Source: Elsinoe ampelina (Eukaryota). Taken from it: a stretch of DNA of 64,000 nucleotides. The notes under the pieces are model-generated. The model had not been told where the DNA came from. It was given only the letters and a program-made list of their open reading frames with translations, and did not search any database. Each line of letters opens with the position of its first letter. Positions within the stretch are counted from its first letter, which is position 1. The DNA lies in assembly GCA_010093995.1 (NCBI GenBank), contig ML992505.1, forward strand, positions 1,257,147 through 1,321,146, in the 5' to 3' direction. Positions 12,190 through 23,682 of the stretch are shown here, one piece after another. A program made the position numbers and the translations under genes.

Positions 12190-13772
12190 TCATGGTATTT
12201 CCTCCTCATCATCCCCACCAAATCCAAACGAGAACCCTCCCCCCTCCCCATCCTCATCCACAGCTCTAATCTCCTCCCACTTCCCCTTCCTGCTCTCCCT
12301 CTTATCCAGCTTCGCCATCGCCTCAGCCAACAACTCCGGCTCATTCTCCCTCAACTTCTCCACGAACAACGCATACGGATCAACCACATCCCTAAACCCA
12401 GTGACCTGATCCGGCTTATCCCTCAAAAACCCCAACACATCCGCCAGCCCGTGCCTCGGCACGAAATTCTGCGTCAAAGCAATACTCTCGTCGAGGTTCA
12501 ACACAAGATGGTACCATCCAGCAGGGACATACAGCAGTTCCCCCTCCCCACAAACCCCCTCCTTGCACCCCGGCGCCGCCCGCGCCTCGGCGTGAAACGT
12601 CAGCAGCCACTCCGCGATGCTCAGCGGGGAAGTCACCTCGCTCTGGTCCTCGCTGACGAACACCCCAGGGGGAGGCGGCAGCGACGCGGACGAGGGGAAC
12701 ATGATCCAGTACTTCCTCCCCTTGAGCACGGCGTTCCACGCACTCGTGCCGTTGGGGTCTTTATGGAACGTCGAGCCGCTGCGGGCAGGGCCGATGATGA
12801 GCCAGCGGTGATCGGGGCGATGGGGGCCGAGGACGGAGAAGAGGTCCTGGTCGGAGCCGAAGCAGGTGGGGGGCCAGTAGGAGGCGGGGGGGAGGTGGGG
12901 TGGGGGTTGGGGGAGGTCGTAGAGGTGGGAGACGGCGCTGTCGGGGATGGAGAGGGACATTTTGGTGGCGAAGGCGCGGTCGAAGAGGTAGAGTGGGGAT
13001 TCGTCGGAGTTGTTGCGTAGGTAGGAGATGTAGGTTGCGAGAGGCCAGTCGACGGCTTCGGCGCGGAATTTGATGGTGGGGTATTGGGTGAGGAGGGAGG
13101 GGATGGTCCATTGCGTGTAGACTGGCCATCGTCGGGTGGGTGCTGTTAGGATTACCGGGCGGTCGGCTTCGAAGATTGTGTCGGATGTGCAGTCTTCGAG
13201 GCGGAGGATTTGGTTGCGGGATGGGATGTTTGCGACGTAGGGGTCGAGGTCTATGTGTGTGCAGTAGAAGGGACGGTGGAGTACGTCGGAGAAGAGATCA
13301 CTGCAGTCGACTGTGGGTTCTCGAGTACGATCTTGATCAAGGAATGTAGATCGCCACGTTCCCCTCCATGTGAATGATTGAGGCGATGACCTACCGTTGA
13401 CTCAGCCTGCTTCAACTCAAGCCAGACTGGTCTGACTTACTCTGTGAAAAGCGCTCGCCATAATTCTTCGTTACGAGTGAAAGCGTGTAATGCCCTGCAG
13501 GCGCCACCGAGACGAAGTAGTGAAGGTGCGTCTAAGAACTCAAGTAGGATGGCGATCAACTCGTCCGGCAGTATGGCAAATCCACCTGCAGCCTTCTTTG
13601 CATTTCGTGGAGCCAGATACGCGTTGCCGGAAGGTCGCACGCCTAGGGGGTGACGCAGAGTGGTGCTGACGAATTCCTCAGGCTCCTCTACTACCCGTGC
13701 TTTCTTTGTTGGGCGAACGATATCATGGTCGGGCTCATGCCCGAGATCCACCAGAGAAGCCGGAGGTGGCAT
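12190..13772 (-). CDS. F-box and JmjC domain protein (JMJD6-like 2OG/Fe oxygenase)
   Basis: Exon 1 F-box LPDELIAILLEFLD..LLRLGGACR; after an intron near 13440-13391 the frame is open through DESPLYLFD, WLIIGPARSGSTFHKDPN and YVPAGWYHLVLN (H-x-D...H). Confidence 0.88.
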
Positions 13773-14211
13773 GTAGACAACAGCTGACTTCAGGCGAGCC
13801 GCATACGATCCAGAAGAGTCATACAATTCCCGTGAGAGTCACAGTGTTGCTTCCGGAAAAAGTCGATCACGGATGATGACTGGTGCTGAATTGAGTGCCT
13901 GTGAAGGGTGAAGGTTCTTTGCACGCAGAATCAGAAATTCTCAACCCTGCGCGAAAAGCTTGGCGGCCAAAAACTCCCACCTCAAAGTCGCACCAGCTAT
14001 TCATCGTAAACCATCTTACACAGATACACAACACATCACCACCTATTACACCACGAGACATCTACTGCATAGTCAGTCAGAGTCTCTTTTCAACAACCAC
14101 TACCAAACAACTCAGCGACAAGGTCACGCCTAGAGGCTCACCTGTCGCCCCTCCTCGCAACCGCTCAAAGAAATTTTTTGAGCGCACACAGGAAAAGACC
14201 CAACCGCAATC

Positions 14212-15611
14212 ATGGCTGACAAGGGTTTGGAAGACGTCCCCGAGGGTATGTAGAGCATCCTGAACGCGCGCTGCTCTTTTGCTCGCGCATTGATGAACGC
14301 ATCAAAATCAACTCCACCTCCTAGAAATCGTACTGATTGCCCCGCTTTGTAGGACAGATTGAGTCCAACTACGATGAGACCACCGACTCGTTCGACGCGA
14401 TGAACCTCAAGCCAGAGCTTCTCCGTGGTGTCTACGCCTATGGTTTCGAGCGTCCTTCTGCTATCCAGCAGCGCGCTATCATGCCCGTCATCAAGGGTGA
14501 GTTCTCAACATTGATCAAAGAGGCGGTAAAGGTCTGACAAGCATACAAGGCAGCGATGTTATCGCCCAAGCTCAGTCCGGTACTGGCAAGACCGCTACTT
14601 TCTCCGTCTCCGTCCTCCAGAAGATCGATCACAACATCAAGGCCTGCCAGGCGCTTATTCTCGCCCCAACCCGTGAGCTGGCCCAGCAGATCCAGAAGGT
14701 CGTGGTTGCCATTGGTGACTTTATGTCGATCGAGTGCCACGCCTGTATCGGTGGTACCAGCGTCAGGGATGACATGAAGGCCCTCCAGGATGGTCCTCAG
14801 GTCGTTGTGGGCACACCCGGTCGTGTCCAGGATATGATCCAGCGCCGTGTCCTCAGGACCGACTCGATCAAGATGTTCGTCCTCGACGAGGCAGACGAGA
14901 TGTTGTCGCGCGGTTTCACCGAGCAGATCTACGACATCTTCCAGCTTCTCCCCCAGTCGACTCAGGTCGTCCTTCTTTCGGCCACCATGCCCCAGGATGT
15001 GCTCGAGGTCACCACCAAGTTCATGCGCGACCCCGTTCGCATTCTCGTCAAGAAGGACGAGTTGACACTTGAAGGTATCAAGCAGTTCTACATTGCCGTG
15101 GAGAAGGAGGACTGGAAGCTGGACACTCTCTCCGACTTGTACGAGACCGTCACCATCACACAGGCTGTCATCTTCTGCAACACCCGCAGAAAGGTCGACT
15201 GGCTCACCGACAAGCTCACTGCTCGCGACTTTACCGTCTCCGCCATGCACGGAGATATGGACCAGGGTCAGCGTGATGTCATCATGAAGGAGTTCCGCTC
15301 TGGTTCTTCCCGTGTTCTCATCGCCACTGATCTTTTGGCCCGTGGTATCGACGTCCAGCAGGTCTCCCTGGTCATCAACTACGATCTCCCCGCCAATCGC
15401 GAGAACTACATCCACCGCATCGGTCGTGGCGGTCGTTTCGGACGAAAGGGTGTTGCCATCAACTTTGTTACGGCCGATGATGTCCGCATGATGAGAGAAA
15501 TCGAGCAATTCTACAGCACCCAGATTGAGGAGATGCCCATGAACGTTGCCGGTATGTTGGAATCATCACAGACTGTCATGCATCTACTGACGATTCCCAG
15601 ACTTGATCTAG
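14212..15611 (+). CDS. TIF1: Translation initiation factor eIF4A (DEAD-box helicase)
   Basis: [12 protein letters not shown] start; [44 protein letters not shown]; three introns; ends MPMNVADLI*. Confidence 0.97.
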
Positions 15612-16054
15612 ACGAAACGAGTCATACCCGCGAACGAGTGCTTGCCGCAATCAGCGCTGAGCACAGTATACACGATCAGAGCACTAGAGGGAATCGCGGT
15701 GAGCTAGGTGATTGGAGAGCTGAGATATCCATCTTGGCTTCCCGCATCTGTCATCGCATAGCGCTGTTTGGCGCGGTTCGAGCAAAAGTGTTTTTCCATT
15801 TCCCGGTTCGACTTAGAGTAGGCTCAGGCGCAGGATGTTCTCTTTCACATCCAGAATGAACCGATTTCGTAATCTTGCTGTGCACAAATTGATAGGCTGA
15901 CGTGACTTCCAAGGTTGGCTCTCAGATTCAACTTCACCCGGCCTCGTGCTTTCCATTTCCGGTCACATCCCATCCAGCACCTCTCAGTCCTCAGCATCGA
16001 TTTCCTCCAATCTCTTGTGTCTTACATGAGCAATCTCTCTACTGACAATGTTTC

Positions 16055-17477
16055 ATGGACTCCACAAGATTCATGCCCGGCAGACTCCTAAAAGCAGCAC
16101 AAGTATTACCCGACTATCAGAAGCTGGTCAGCGAGCATAATACGCTGCTATCGGAGCACCAACAACTTCAAAAGACCAATGAGAAGCTTCAGCAATCAGT
16201 GAAAGACCAGAATCGTCAGATGAAGCTGGATCGGAATGCAGAGTCTGCAAATCACAAGAAGATTGCCGAGCTCGAAGCTCGCTTATCCGCCGCAGGCTCC
16301 GAGCATACTAGGGCGCAGAGCACCCTCCGGAAAGAGAATGACGACCTTAGACGCGAGCTCGAGCTGTTTCGGCAGAAAAGCAATAGATCAGAGGACATCA
16401 GCAGAATACGGCCATTCAGACGAGAGCGAGACGTGAACCAGACGCTTCATTCACACCTCTTCCCAGCCGCATTTCTGCAACCAGATAACCACAGTATCGA
16501 TCAGTCATACCGCCTAGACTCACCTGCACCTCACTCATATCTCGACGCATATGGACCGAACAAGTCCCCTCGAAGTCAAGTATGTCATCCGTTCAGTCAT
16601 GAGGAGCCTGGTCACTCTCCCCGGCAGGACAACCATTTCAAAGAGGTGATTCGCAGACCTGCTTCACCGGCGGATGAGACCTTCCAAGTTCCTTCCCTCC
16701 AAGCCCTGATGCCTACAGGGATCTGCGATTGGGCTACAATTAGGGCTGCTATGAAGAGACCAGAACCGAGCGCAAGAAGACTTGCCATCAAGGCGTGCGT
16801 AGAAGACTCTCAGACTAAGTGCAGGACCACTGACTCTGTGAAGAAAGCAGGCTATTCCAGCCATCCATGAGGACGATATTTCGACACAAGTCAGCGACAT
16901 TGATATTGAGCACGACAAGGACCAGGTCGGCGGTGCTCACAATTCGTCAGAGGAATTTCCGGATGACAGCTTGGATCGTTCCATTGCTCAGGACTTGGGC
17001 ATGATCGAACAACCCCCGAAGAAGTCCTTGTTTGTCAAGCTTCCCGTGTCACAATACAACAACGCGGATGAAGACCAAGCAAGATCGAAGACGAATGCGG
17101 CGAGTCGTGTACGAATTGAGAAGACAAGGATCCTGTCACCCTCCAAGCTCGTCAATCGCCAAAGTCCTACCAAGCAGTCAAGCAGGCGAGCCCTACCAAC
17201 TTCGCCAAAGCCTCAGCACGTCCCGGTCAATGAGAGACGCAAATCTAAACGCATCAGAGGGCAAGTACCCGATATGACGATTCCAAGGAGTCCTGTAGCA
17301 AAGGTTGCAAAAGGCCACCCATCTCGAATTGCTTCTGCCCGACAGCTAGCAACGGGACCAGGAAAGGAGAACGCATCTCCAAGCGAGACGAGGGTTGAAA
17401 CCCAAAGGAAGAAGCGACCTCAGACTGCAGCAACAGGTAGTGTCGCCGTCAGCAAGAGACAGCGGATGCTCCGTTGA
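16055..17477 (+). CDS. Hypothetical protein (N-terminal coiled coil, basic disordered C-terminus)
   Basis: ORFs 16055-16870 and 16971-17477 join in frame through a predicted intron 16795-16843 (GTGCGT..CTGAC..AAG); no family recognised. Confidence 0.55.
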
Positions 17478-17558
17478 CGTACCTATTCACGTACATGAAC
17501 TTCACATAGCTGTAATGGATCAATATATACTGCAATCATCTATCCAAATCTCGTCCCT

Positions 17559-18565
17559 CTACGTTTCCGCATACTCATACGGACCAGGCTTGTCCGCAAA
17601 CTCAACCTTGATCTTCGCCTCCTCAATCTCCTTGCCCCCAATCCTCATCCCCGCCGTCAATACATCCCCCGTCGTCACGGGTCCCACCCCCTTTGGCGTT
17701 CCCGTCAAGACAATATCGCCCTTCTCCAACGTCATCACCTTACTAATATCCGCCAGTTGCCTCGGTATCTGAAACAACATCAACCCGGTCGAATCCTCCT
17801 GCTTCGTCTCCCCATTAACCTTCAACCACAGCTCCACATCATGCGGATCCTTAATAACCTCCTTACTTATCGGTCCCTCAAGCGGCAAAAACGTATCAAA
17901 CCCCTTGCAGACATCCCAAGGATAGCCCTTCCTCTTTGCCTCCTCTTGCACATTTCTGGCCGTCATATCGATCGCCATGAGGTACGTATCAATGTAGTCC
18001 TGCCAATCCGGGGTCGCCGGGTCGAGATCCCGGACGGTTTTCGAGACGACGACGCCCAGCTCGACTTCGAAGTGCATGTTCACGCCGCGCGGGCGCAGGA
18101 CGGGGCCCTCGCCGGGCAGCAGGATGGAGGAGGACGGTTTGAGGAAGAAGAAGGCTTGTTTGGGTCGTTGGTTGTTGAGTTCGGTGATGTGGTCGGCGTA
18201 GTTGCGGCCGATGCAGACGACCTGGTGGGGGGGGGAGGGTTAGTGAGGTTCTGAGGTTGGGGTTGGGGATGGAGGAGGTCTGGTGGGGTGGTGTGGTCGC
18301 TGGTTTCTGCTGGTGTTGGGCGCTCGTCTGGCGGTCGTTCGCGATGTAGTGCCTCTATGACTGCCATTGACGCGCTCCCAGCCCTCTTCTCTTTCTCGCG
18401 ACCTCCCGTGTTCTCTCGCGGTCACGTTCCCCTCCCTGCACCTCCCACCCATCCACCCTCCAAGAATCAAGAGAGCAAAAGACTCACCTTCCTCGCATTC
18501 TGCCTAATGGCGCTAAGATTCGACATGCCGAGCGTAGATTTGACCGCGTTTGCAATTGCTGCCAT
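17559..18565 (-). CDS. Fumarylacetoacetate-hydrolase family protein (FAHD1/FMP41-like)
   Basis: Exon 1 MAAIANAVKSTLGMSNLSAIRQNARK, intron 18487-18222, then VVCIGRNYADH, FFFLKP, HFEVEL, DMTARN, KGFDTF, GDIVLTGTPKGVG. Confidence 0.9.
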
Positions 18566-18859
18566 TTTTGCTATCAGGCGGTACAGATGGGATTATATAC
18601 CTATTTGTATTTCCACGCGAGAAAGAAATCGGAGTCGGGTCTGCGCAGCGTAGCAGCCCCACTTTGAGCTTCGACGGAGGGGGGGGGGAAGCTGGCGTTT
18701 TGCCGGCCGACGGGAGGGAGCAAGGCTCAATTTTTTTAGTCGTGGCACACCAAGATTCCACCACCAAATTGCACACCTTTATAACACTACCAATTTTGCT
18801 CTAATTGCTTTGATTTTTTTTCCCAATGAACTCGCCATGGCCGAATTACCTTATTCCAA

Positions 18860-20242
18860 TTTACACACGCTAACTCCGAAGGCTAATTAAAAGTACACTA
18901 AGGGGCACAAGTAGCTTACTCTAATCCGCGCTAGCTATTACACCCTTAGAGTAGCACTACTACTACCTAGATGCACTAAATTCCCTATAAGCTAGATATT
19001 ATATATAATAAAGGTTCCTAAGCGTTCTATATAGTAGATACTTACTAGATTAGCTTAGAGGCCTAGATCTAANNNNNNNNNNNNNNNNNNNNNNNNNNNN
19101 NNNNNNNNNNNNNNNNNNNNNNNNNNNNNNNNNNNNNNNNNNNNNNNNNNNNNNNNNNNNNNNNNNNNNNNNNNNNNNNNNNNNNNNNNNNNNNNNNGCT
19201 ATATAAGGCTATAGTATCTTTAAGTTTAAGGCTAAATAGAAGGGCTAGCTAAAGGCTAAGAATATAGTAGCTTATAAAGCGTAGGCTAAAATCTACCACT
19301 ATAAAGACTTAGACTTCTAGAAAAGCGTTAGATTTACTAATAAGTCTTATTTTTACTATAACTTAAGAGCTACTACTATAATCTATCGCCGCCGAGGCTA
19401 GAGAAATGACCTAAACAAGATCTAGTTCAAAAAGAAGACTATAAAGACAATAGTATATATGTAGGGGATAGTTAGCTACAGCTTTAAGTTAGAGCTTATA
19501 TTCTACTCTAATTTGCTACTACTAAAGACAATTAACAAGCAAAAGGCTATACTAGAGGCCGACCTTATCGATGTTAACCCTTAGCCTTTAGGGGCTATTC
19601 TTAAGACAGAGGAAGCTAAGTTATACCTATTAAACAACTTACGGCCTAGCTATAAGCACTAGTATAAAGACAAGGCGAGTTATAAACACAACTACTATAA
19701 GAAGCAACCCTTAGTACTTACTATCGGTAGTAACCTCGATTAGTTTACCTATCTTTATAGTATCTTTATCCCCTATATTAAGAAGTACTAGGACGATATA
19801 TAGTTTAAGAAGGAAGCCTTTATACTAGAAGAAGACAATAATAGCGCTTACGGCACTCGATTAACCTATAATCTAGTTAAGCTATATAAAGACTTACTAC
19901 TAGGCTTCTAATATTACGCTAATTGTGCTAAATTATCTAATATAACTATTATTAAGAACTACTAGCGGAGAGTTAAGTAGCGTATTAAGCGATGTATACT
20001 AATAACTAATAAAGAGCTAAAACGCTTTATTTAAGAAGAATAGGAGGATATACTATAGGATTAGATAGATAAGCTAGTAGAGGAGATACTAGATAGAGTA
20101 TACTAGCTATAGCAACGTAACGGCAAAAGCACTAACTATTAAGTACTTACACCTTTAATTTAATAGTATAGCTATTTACTACCTTAATTACAGCTTCATA
20201 CAATAAGAATTAAGCGCAGCCCATAAAGATGTATTGTCTGTA
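18860..20242 (+). mobile_element. RIP-inactivated Tc1/mariner DNA transposon relic (boundaries approximate)
   Basis: AT-rich, TpA-rich and CpA/TpG-poor. One frame right of the gap reads FTNKSY (19333), VYM*GIV, EEDNNSAY (19828), LSNITIIKNY* (19933), stop at 20140-20142. Reversing C>T/G>A gives FTDESH, VWG, EDNDSAH, SPD..IENCW, the DDE transposase motifs. Possible right end ..GTCTG-TA at ~20242. The part left of the gap is RIP-like but not assignable. Confidence 0.8.
19073..19197. other. Assembly gap (125 N)
   Basis: Run of N inside the AT-rich repeat relic. Confidence 1.
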
Positions 20243-20896
20243 TACAAAAAGTAGTAAAGCTGGTATAGCTTAGCAGGCCCGTACGCTAGGATTTCTGAAA
20301 GTGAGCCTTAGAGTGGGTTTTGCCTTTTAGGGGGTCCGAGAACTTTAGGATTGGGGCAAATGGCTATTTCGCGAGGAAAGATAAGCTCTTGGGAGATTAA
20401 GTGGGTTACACGGAAGGTGAGGTGACAGTAAATGGCAGACTTGCGTGCTTGTTCTCGAGAGTACTACCTACATCTCACTTGAATTATGCATCTTCTAATC
20501 GTCATTTGGTATTGCAAGTTGCTCTTCACAGGTCACCTCGCTGGAAGAATCGACTATCGGATACTCTAAATGGAATCGCGAATAGGTCAGGCATGTGGGG
20601 GCTAGTTCGGGAGGGGTTCCGGCGGTTTTGGCTGCGAGCGGAGGGGCTCGGCGGGGCTGATTCACAGGGCTGATGCGGTCGGTAGATCGTGGGTTTGAAT
20701 ACAGTATGATGAGTGGTGGAGGAGCGGTAGGGATAAGAGAAGGGGTGGGGAGATCATCAGGTACGACGTGTCCGTCTCGAGCAACCTCAGTACATTCGTG
20801 ACGTGAGGAAGCTGTTCTAAACGCTTGGCTCCATTCCACAATGCTGGCTTTTTGAGCTCGTACGTTAGTTATTGTACAAAAGGTGCCAAATTCGAA

Positions 20897-22938
20897 TCAA
20901 CGCCACTGGCTGGCGCGGTCAATGAAGGCCTCGACACTTTGGAAACGATCCTCTCTTCGCAGACCCATATTGACGACCGATGGCAGGTGCAAGACATGAG
21001 CGCTGGCGAGACCATCAGCCATGCTAGAGAACGAGCATTGGCTTGGGGCTGTGATGAGCACTTTCACAATGTAGTGCTCATTAATTGAAAGTTCTTCCAC
21101 GGTCGACATGATGAACTGCAATACCCTCTCTGCGGTGGCTCGATCTTCGATGTAGTCGTACTCATCTACGGAGTCGATGAAGATGAAGATAATGTGGGGC
21201 AAGGTCAACGTCGAGAGGACAGAATGGACCGTCTCACTCAGTGCCCGGGTGCTGTTCTGATTGATCCCATCAATCATGTCGGCGGTCAACTCGGGTTTCG
21301 GCCAGTCTACCTGCCAACAATCCAGCAATTGGCCGAGGATATCCCTCAGCATAGTCTTCCCATCTTTGGGCAAGCGAGCACTACCGGCTGAACGATCCGA
21401 GCAGAAATGGATTGCGCTCGTACAGCCGTGTGTGAGACTCAAAGCCTGATGGAGCTCGGAGCACAATGTCGACAAGCTCGATGGAGGTTGAGCGCTACGC
21501 TGGCAGTCCTGCACAAAAAGAAAGGAACTCCTTGGGGAGAAGATCCAATCTTGGAACTCTTCACTTTCTTTCACAAACGCTGCCCGCTCCAACATGCGAA
21601 GCGAATTGACGTCTGATCGAAGTGATAGGCTGACAATTTCGTCGACCTCCGCGATTTCTGTTTCCGGCTCGTAGCCATTCCGAATGAGAGAGTCCAGCAG
21701 GTTGGTGACATCCATGGCTTCTGTGATTTAGCGTCTCTCCAAGACAATTACGAGGTATACCCACCTGTACGTCGTGCAGTCCTTTGAGAGTACCTGAGCT
21801 CGTCCGTGAGCTCCCTGTTAGCCTGGAAAAGCATATAGAATAGTCCCATGATCTCCTTCTTTGAGGCCTCCGTTCTGACTTCGCCAGCTGCACGAGTTAG
21901 ACAGGAAATTCAACACTACCTGTATAGCATACCTCTTAAGCGATCGCTTATGCTCTGCACACAGCCGTGCACGTCATAGACGTCTCGGCTGACATGGAGA
22001 AGTGTCCTCTCAATACCACCGAGGCGCTCATGTAAGCATCTCTTGCCCGTTTGGCCGAACTTCAGTCGGGCTTGTTCCAGGCCATCCTTTGCCGCGGCAA
22101 AATCGGGTGCAGGACTCCTCCCTAAGATAGACCTCACCGCCTTCTCTGATCGTACCATCAGCTTAATGATTTCGAAGCGGTATTAAGCACATACTGAATG
22201 ATGACTTCACCATGTACTCGAGGATAGTACGCATTATGATGGCAAGACTTATATACAGTTGTGCTGCAGCAATTTGCATGTCGCGATCGTGATACAGCTC
22301 GGTATACTTCCTAATGTCGAGGAAGACGTCTGGAATCTCTGCAAAGGTCTTCAAGACGTCATCGCGTACCTCGTGAAGCGTTTGTGCACATTGTAGGACA
22401 ATCTTGATTGAGCCACTCAAAGGTGCCGTGTACAGTGTGTTTGGTAGAAATGCCAGCCACCGGTCCAGGCTTTGTGCGTTCTCGCTGAACTTGCGAAAGC
22501 ATTTGCGTAGTGGAGCATTGCCACCGGCGACTTGTCCAGACTCGTATGCGTTCGCTTGTGTTTTGATGAATTCTGCGACGCTGGACCAATCCGTCCTTTC
22601 GAGCTCAACATCCTGAATGATAGGCACCTTCTGGCCGAGCTGCTTTTGCGCTCTGACCGCGCTAGTCAGAAACTTCTTGCATTCAATATCGGCCTGCTTC
22701 CAGATGACAGAGCTACCCTTGAATCAGCATGGCATGTCGCTTGAACTGCCGTGGTAGGGTCGTACTCGACTTGCACATTGTCACGTTGCTCGTTCGCAGT
22801 AACAAATCTAAGGAGCCGACGATCGACCTCTGGCAAATGGTGTCCGTCCGACCCAGTCTCGCGCCTTGTCACGTGACGTGCGAACTCGGCAATCTGAAGA
22901 GAATTCTGACGAACAATCGAGAAGTCGTTTTCTGGCAT
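20897..22938 (-). CDS. STAND/NACHT-like protein with degenerate P-loop (helical N-terminus plus NACHT-like C-terminus), 5 exons
   Basis: ORF pieces at 22938, 22627, 22158 and 21715 join in frame via four ~45-50 nt GT-AG introns. C-terminus ESEEFQDWIFSPRSSFLFV, AIHFC, MLRDILGQLL, IFIFIDSVDE, VKVLITAP follows fungal NACHT motif order, but no GxxGxGK[ST] is present. Confidence 0.65.
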
Positions 22939-23682
22939 ACTTATGAGCTCGCGGCATCAATTGCTTACGGTGGACTTTGAGCGTGAGCAAACGTCTAAGC
23001 CGACATCAGAAGGCAACGCACTGAGTGAGCGGAGAAGTATACGTTCTGACTACCTCTTCCACCATTTTCTTCTTGCGGTAAAGACGAAAAAGAGAGATCA
23101 GCCAGTCTTATCGTACCGAGCCAGCTGCAATCTCGACAGTGCTGCATGGCGTCAATAGCGCCTTCTCAGTGTGGCCACGGAGCGAAGACTCGAGCCGTCG
23201 TTACAGCAGCACGAGATCACACCATGACTGATAGGTCCCAGAGACTCGAAGATCGGACATGTTTATTTGTGCAAGGGCATGAATGGCGCGAAAACGGCAG
23301 GTCGCCATTCGGGCGTGTTGTCCTCAGCTCAGCTTGGCAGCGCTCCTCCAACAGGATTTTCTCAGCTCAACGTGCATTAGTCGACGTGGGTGGTGTAACT
23401 ACAAGTAAGTATCCAAGCTGCAATACGACGATGGCGCCGATCTACAGGTCCGGATCTCTTTCGACGGCGTCGTGGCGGTCGCACCACTGTAGGTCTGCAT
23501 CGACGGCAGCCGCATATTGCCTGCTCGATCTGTCGGTGATTGGGCCCAGATAGCTGCAGTATTACCCTTGATCAATCTCTTTGTGAACAGGAGAGTATCA
23601 CACGTCAGTACTTCGCGGACTCAGATTGAAAAGTCGTTCCTTGACCTCACGACATCCGCTGCACAATCCAGCAACCCTCGGT

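Noticed and set aside
14246..14352. Possible C/D snoRNA in eIF4A intron 1 (TGATGA ~14291, CTGA ~14333)
   Set aside because: Only ~46 nt between the boxes, no terminal stem, and the CTGA coincides with the branch point.
14438..15508. Long antisense ORFs (356 aa here; also 33101-34189, 12115-13020 and others)
   Set aside because: Shadows of codon-biased genes on the opposite strand; no recognisable protein features.
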